Part shown: one piece after another, positions 60,910 to 64,000 of the stretch
How positions within the stretch are numbered: the stretch's first letter is position 1
How the letters are laid out: each line of letters begins with the position of its first letter
IMG/VR virus record: IMGVR_UViG_641201025_000001
Coordinates: 1 to 64,000 of that record
Origin: a virus
Reading direction: 5' to 3' (one strand)
Length of the DNA stretch: 64,000 nucleotides
Program-made: the position numbers and the translations under genes
Notes under the pieces: model-generated
Told to the model about the DNA's origin: nothing
The model's input: the letters and a program-made list of their open reading frames with translations, nothing else
The model's database searches: none

Positions 60910-62076
60910 TTACAGGCCGATGAGGCGGACAACCGCCCACGGACGCTTCAGCATGACGCCGGCCGTCGCGTTCGAGTATGCCTCGACGTAGTTTTTCACG
61001 CGCTTCTCGACGCCGAGCGTCACGAACTTCGACTGGACCAGTTGCGCCCACGTGTCGCCGCCGTCCGTCGAGCCGTCAACCGCCGTATCGACCGAGTCGA
61101 GGAACATGTATGCGATGTCCTTGCCGTCGTCCGGGTTGCCGCCTTGGAGTTCCGGAGCCGACATCACGCGCACGCGCGGATACGTCTGCTTCAGCCAGTC
61201 GCGCACCGAAATGCCGAGGTCCGTGACGACCGACAGCATGTCGACTTTGTTCATCGGCAGGACGAGCGTGATATCCACGTCTTCCGGATCGATGTTGTCT
61301 TCCGACTGAACGCGCAGCGTGATCAGCATGAGACGCAGATCGCCCACGATGCCTTGGAAGGCGTTCGCGCCGCCCGACACCCAGCCGCCGGGAGTCGTCG
61401 AGGCGATGGCCGGCAAGAGCGACGGATCGTTCAGGAAACCGAACGTCCGATTGCCGTTCTTGCCTTCCCAGCCGTAGAAGCCGATGGCGTTGCGCATGAT
61501 CTCAAGCTGAACCGCAGCGCCTTGACGCTTCACTTCAGCCGAATTGATGCGCATCGCGCTCGCGCGGCCTTCTTCGAGCAGGCCGACTTGAATCCCCATT
61601 TCGCCGCGAACGATCGTGCGACGCTCGAAGTTCACGTTCCACGAGGAAAGGGGAATGTTCGTCAGGTCGCCGTACTCCATCGCCGTACCTGCCGGCTCGA
61701 CGATACCCTGAACGATTTCTTGATCTTCCCACGAGCCGACCGTCTTGACGCCGAGAATCTCGTCGATCTTGCGCGCCGAGGTCAGCACCTTCACGAAGCC
61801 CGGAAGCCATTGTTGCAGGAACTGAATCGGCGTCGGGATGCTCGCTTGCGTGGTCGGCGCGACATATGCCGAGTCGAACGCTTGCGTCGCCACGCCGCCT
61901 TCGTGCAGCAGTTCGATTTGACGCTTCACCGTCGCATGGTCGAAGACCAGACCGAACTTTTTCAGTTCGCGAACGGCCATGTCGGTCAGGCGGTAATCTG
62001 CCTTGCCGTTCGCCATGTCGAAGGCACGCACCGAACGCCCCGCGAGCGACTGGTGAACCTTGCTCAGTTGTTTCAT
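60910..62076 (-). CDS. major capsid protein (HK97-fold-like)
   Basis: 388 aa; AAAGGAGTAGC SD; position after the scaffold and decoration-like genes; followed by a hairpin. Confidence 0.6.
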   Translation of the reverse strand: MKQLSKVHQSLAGRSVRAFDMANGKADYRLTDMAVRELKKFGLVFDHATVKRQIELLHEGGVATQAFDSAYVAPTTQASIPTPIQFLQQWLPGFVKVLTSARKIDEILGVKTVGSWEDQEIVQGIVEPAGTAMEYGDLTNIPLSSWNVNFERRTIVRGEMGIQVGLLEEGRASAMRINSAEVKRQGAAVQLEIMRNAIGFYGWEGKNGNRTFGFLNDPSLLPAIASTTPGGWVSGGANAFQGIVGDLRLMLITLRVQSEDNIDPEDVDITLVLPMNKVDMLSVVTDLGISVRDWLKQTYPRVRVMSAPELQGGNPDDGKDIAYMFLDSVDTAVDGSTDGGDTWAQLVQSKFVTLGVEKRVKNYVEAYSNATAGVMLKRPWAVVRLIGL

Positions 62077-62110
62077 TCTTGCTACTCCTTTTTATGGTCG
62101 CCGAACTCGC

Positions 62111-62734
62111 TTACTGCGTGAGTTGGATTTGCGTGACGACCGACACCACTGCGCCGGGGGCCGACGCGGCAACCGCTGCGATCGGGTTGATGACGCGAGC
62201 GTTCGGGATCGGCGTGAGGCCGTCCGGAACTGCGCCGCCTGCCGGATACGACACGATCGCGCCGAGCGGCAGAGCGTTCGGGTTCTGCGCGGCCGTCGTC
62301 GCATCGCTCACGTATGCGAGCGCGTCGCCGTAACCGATGTCCTTCGCGGCGGTCGTTTCGTTGAACAGTTCCGCGTGCATGATCGCCATGTCGGCGAACT
62401 CGCCTTCGTAGCCTTTCGGCAGGTCATACGACGCCGCGAGCGAGCCGCCGGCAACCGTGCCGTTCAGCACGTAATGCTTCGGGTGGAACAGCACGCCGTA
62501 GAACTTCGCGCCGCCGACGATGACTTCCGGGCAATTCGCGGAAAGCGTCTTGCCTTGAATGCCTTGTTCGCCGAACCAGCCGAAAACGCGGCTGATGCGG
62601 TTCGTCGACTTTGCCGGGTCGGTGCCGATCGTTTCCGATACGATGCGAGCCGGCTTCGCGCGAAGGGGACCGTCGCGGCTGACTTCACCCGCGAAACCCG
62701 ACGTGTACGACCGATTGATTTTCTGTTGGAACAT
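62111..62734 (-). CDS. capsid-associated structural protein (decoration / cement-like)
   Basis: 207 aa; strong AAGGAGGA SD; Gly/Ala-rich; sits between the scaffold and capsid genes. Confidence 0.45.
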   Translation of the reverse strand: MFQQKINRSYTSGFAGEVSRDGPLRAKPARIVSETIGTDPAKSTNRISRVFGWFGEQGIQGKTLSANCPEVIVGGAKFYGVLFHPKHYVLNGTVAGGSLAASYDLPKGYEGEFADMAIMHAELFNETTAAKDIGYGDALAYVSDATTAAQNPNALPLGAIVSYPAGGAVPDGLTPIPNARVINPIAAVAASAPGAVVSVVTQIQLTQ

Positions 62735-62749
62735 GGTTGCGTTTCCTCC

Positions 62750-63682
62750 TTACTTTTGGCCGCTCATGTACGCGGCATACGCTTCGGTTTGTTCCGAAGT
62801 CGCCGAGTCCAGCGCGGTTTGTTTGGTGAGCGCATCAGCGCGGCCCTTCGTTGCACGCTCGTGAGCGTCGAGGAACGACGTGACAGCGACGACTTCCTGA
62901 CCGTCCACCACGCCCTTGATTCCCAGCTTCTTCACGCCGTAAGCAGCAACTTCACGTGCGCCCATACGCGCGCAATCGAAGGCGCCAACAACTTTAGAAA
63001 GCCGCCCATAGATGCGAGTCTTAGCATCAAGATCAGCATAGAAACGGCGAAGCGCAGCATCACCCGCTTTCGCGTGGACGCCTGCTGCCGGTCCTGCCGG
63101 AGCCTTGCCGCCGTTCTGCGGAATGTCGCCGCCTTCGCCGCCCTCGTCGCCGGCCGCGCCTTCGAGTTCGATTTCGTGCGAGCCTTCGCCGCTTGCGAGC
63201 CCTTCGATTGCGTCCGCGCCATTCTCGCCCGCCATTTCTTCGCCTTCGTCACCCGCCGCGCCACCTTCAGCGCCAGCGCCGCCCGAGGTTGCGGCCTTCA
63301 ATTGCGCGATCAGGGCTTCGGCCTGCGAAATCAGTTCCGCGAGGTTGCCGCCTGCTGCCGGGGCCGCGCCCGCTGCCGGGTCTGCTGCGCCGCCTTCGTC
63401 GCCTTCCGCACCGGTCGATTCGGGCGCGGCTGCTTCCGCACCTTCTGCGCCCGCCGCCGGAGCCGCCGGGTTTGCTGCGTTTTCGCCGCCTGCTGCCGCA
63501 CCTTCCGCACCCGAAGCAGCCGCGCCCGCGCCGCCTTGGTGGGCCGGTTCGGCCGCTTCCTGCTGCATGAATTCTTGAAGCGCCTGACCGAATTGCGGGA
63601 TCAGGGCTTGCAGCTTTGCGACGGCGTTGTCTACGGCGGCTTTGCTTTTCAGCTTCTTCGCCGGAACGACTGTCTTCGCCAT
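62750..63682 (-). CDS. scaffolding protein (Ala/Gly/Glu-rich), nested in frame within the protease ORF
   Basis: Internal ATG at 63682 (MAKTVVPAKK) with an AAAAAGG SD. A 310-aa low-complexity acidic region ends in a globular C-terminus. The same ORF continues upstream with no stop. Confidence 0.45.
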   Translation of the reverse strand: MAKTVVPAKKLKSKAAVDNAVAKLQALIPQFGQALQEFMQQEAAEPAHQGGAGAAASGAEGAAAGGENAANPAAPAAGAEGAEAAAPESTGAEGDEGGAADPAAGAAPAAGGNLAELISQAEALIAQLKAATSGGAGAEGGAAGDEGEEMAGENGADAIEGLASGEGSHEIELEGAAGDEGGEGGDIPQNGGKAPAGPAAGVHAKAGDAALRRFYADLDAKTRIYGRLSKVVGAFDCARMGAREVAAYGVKKLGIKGVVDGQEVVAVTSFLDAHERATKGRADALTKQTALDSATSEQTEAYAAYMSGQK

Positions 63683-64000
63683 GTCGATACCTTTTTCGTT
63701 GATTGTGGAAAAGTTCAGAGAGTCGAAACAGAAGTTCCGGCTATCAAGAACGCGTGCGCCTTGGACGCGTGCCTCACCGACCAAGGCAATGTGGTTCCCG
63801 CGCATGTTCGTCTGGACTACTTCGTAATCCTGACCGTTCCATGTGCCGGGTTGATCGAGAAAATCACAGCTATAACCGAGCGACAACTCGCACTTCCCGG
63901 AGTCGAGCGCAGCTTGAAGCCGTCGAGTGAAAATTTTGAGGTCGCCGCGCAACCATCCCGAGTCGTATCGAACATTCGTCAGAACGCCGTCGACACCGTA
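63683..64000 (-). CDS. putative prohead protease domain (partial; 5' end beyond the window), fused in frame to the scaffold
   Basis: The ORF 62750-64000 has no stop; the upstream part (…GWLRGDLKIFTRRLQAALDSGKCELSLGYSCDF…NMRGNHIALVGEAR…) is globular and unlike the scaffold region. This parallels the lambda C/Nu3 and XkdF-type protease-scaffold arrangement. Confidence 0.35.

Noticed and set aside
60697-62121. 474-aa plus-strand ORF opposite the major capsid gene
   Set aside because: Antisense shadow; the capsid frame has a strong SD and its structural context.
63105-63578. Pro/Ala/Ser-rich plus-strand ORFs opposite the scaffold gene
   Set aside because: Low-complexity antisense reading of the GC-rich Ala/Gly/Glu scaffold repeat.
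1-64000. tRNA, rRNA or CRISPR arrays
   Set aside because: No cloverleaf-compatible segments with T-loop GTTCGA/GTTCAA motifs were found in intergenic regions. No regularly spaced direct repeats with spacers were seen; the repeats present are promoter or RBS elements and origin iterons.

Overview
The window reads as one contiguous segment of a high-GC (~60%) contractile-tailed dsDNA phage genome (myovirus-like), probably of a Betaproteobacteria-type host. Whether it is a free phage or a prophage cannot be decided from sequence alone. Five blocks are apparent. (1) 1-19867, plus strand: an early region of about 60 small genes, with repeated sigma70-like promoter boxes (CCAAAAGTGTTGAC[A/C]) and an unusually conserved extended ribosome-binding motif (…ACGGAGATA[A/G]C-N3-6-ATG); it ends at a bidirectional terminator near 19900. 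This block contains an SPFH protein, an HNH endonuclease, a ParB-like nuclease-domain protein, a tail-fibre-like protein, a four-member paralog family and an XRE HTH regulator. (2) 27213-19986, minus strand: a replication module with an AEP PrimPol-like primase, an HTH regulator, a 744-aa coiled-coil protein, a VirE/D5-type helicase and an iteron-rich putative origin at 20530-21185. (3) 27339-38451, plus strand: DNA-metabolism genes (Dda/RecD-like helicase, a K/A/E-rich histone-like protein flanked by terminators, a HAD polynucleotide-3'-phosphatase-like gene plus a degenerate paralog, a DnaQ-like exonuclease, a DnaE-type polymerase, VRR-NUC and an SNF2 helicase). (4) 38450-43790, plus strand: promoter-bounded cassettes including a possible amber-readthrough gene pair, a 3TM-type holin, a MazG-like pyrophosphohydrolase and a low-GC island of secreted or lipoproteins. 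(5) 64000-43747, minus strand: the lysis/structural module, with a prohead protease-scaffold fusion running off the window edge, a decoration-like protein, major capsid protein, head-completion proteins, sheath, tube plus a tube paralog, an extra paralog pair, tape measure with SLT domain, baseplate spike/J/I, tail fibre plus assembly protein, and a GH19 endolysin. No tRNA, rRNA or CRISPR array was found. The most unusual items are the intragenomic paralog families, the dual replication machinery with an ori-like repeat field, the tandem HAD-domain genes, an in-frame TAG between two small ORFs, and accessory low-GC insertions inside the tail/baseplate operon.
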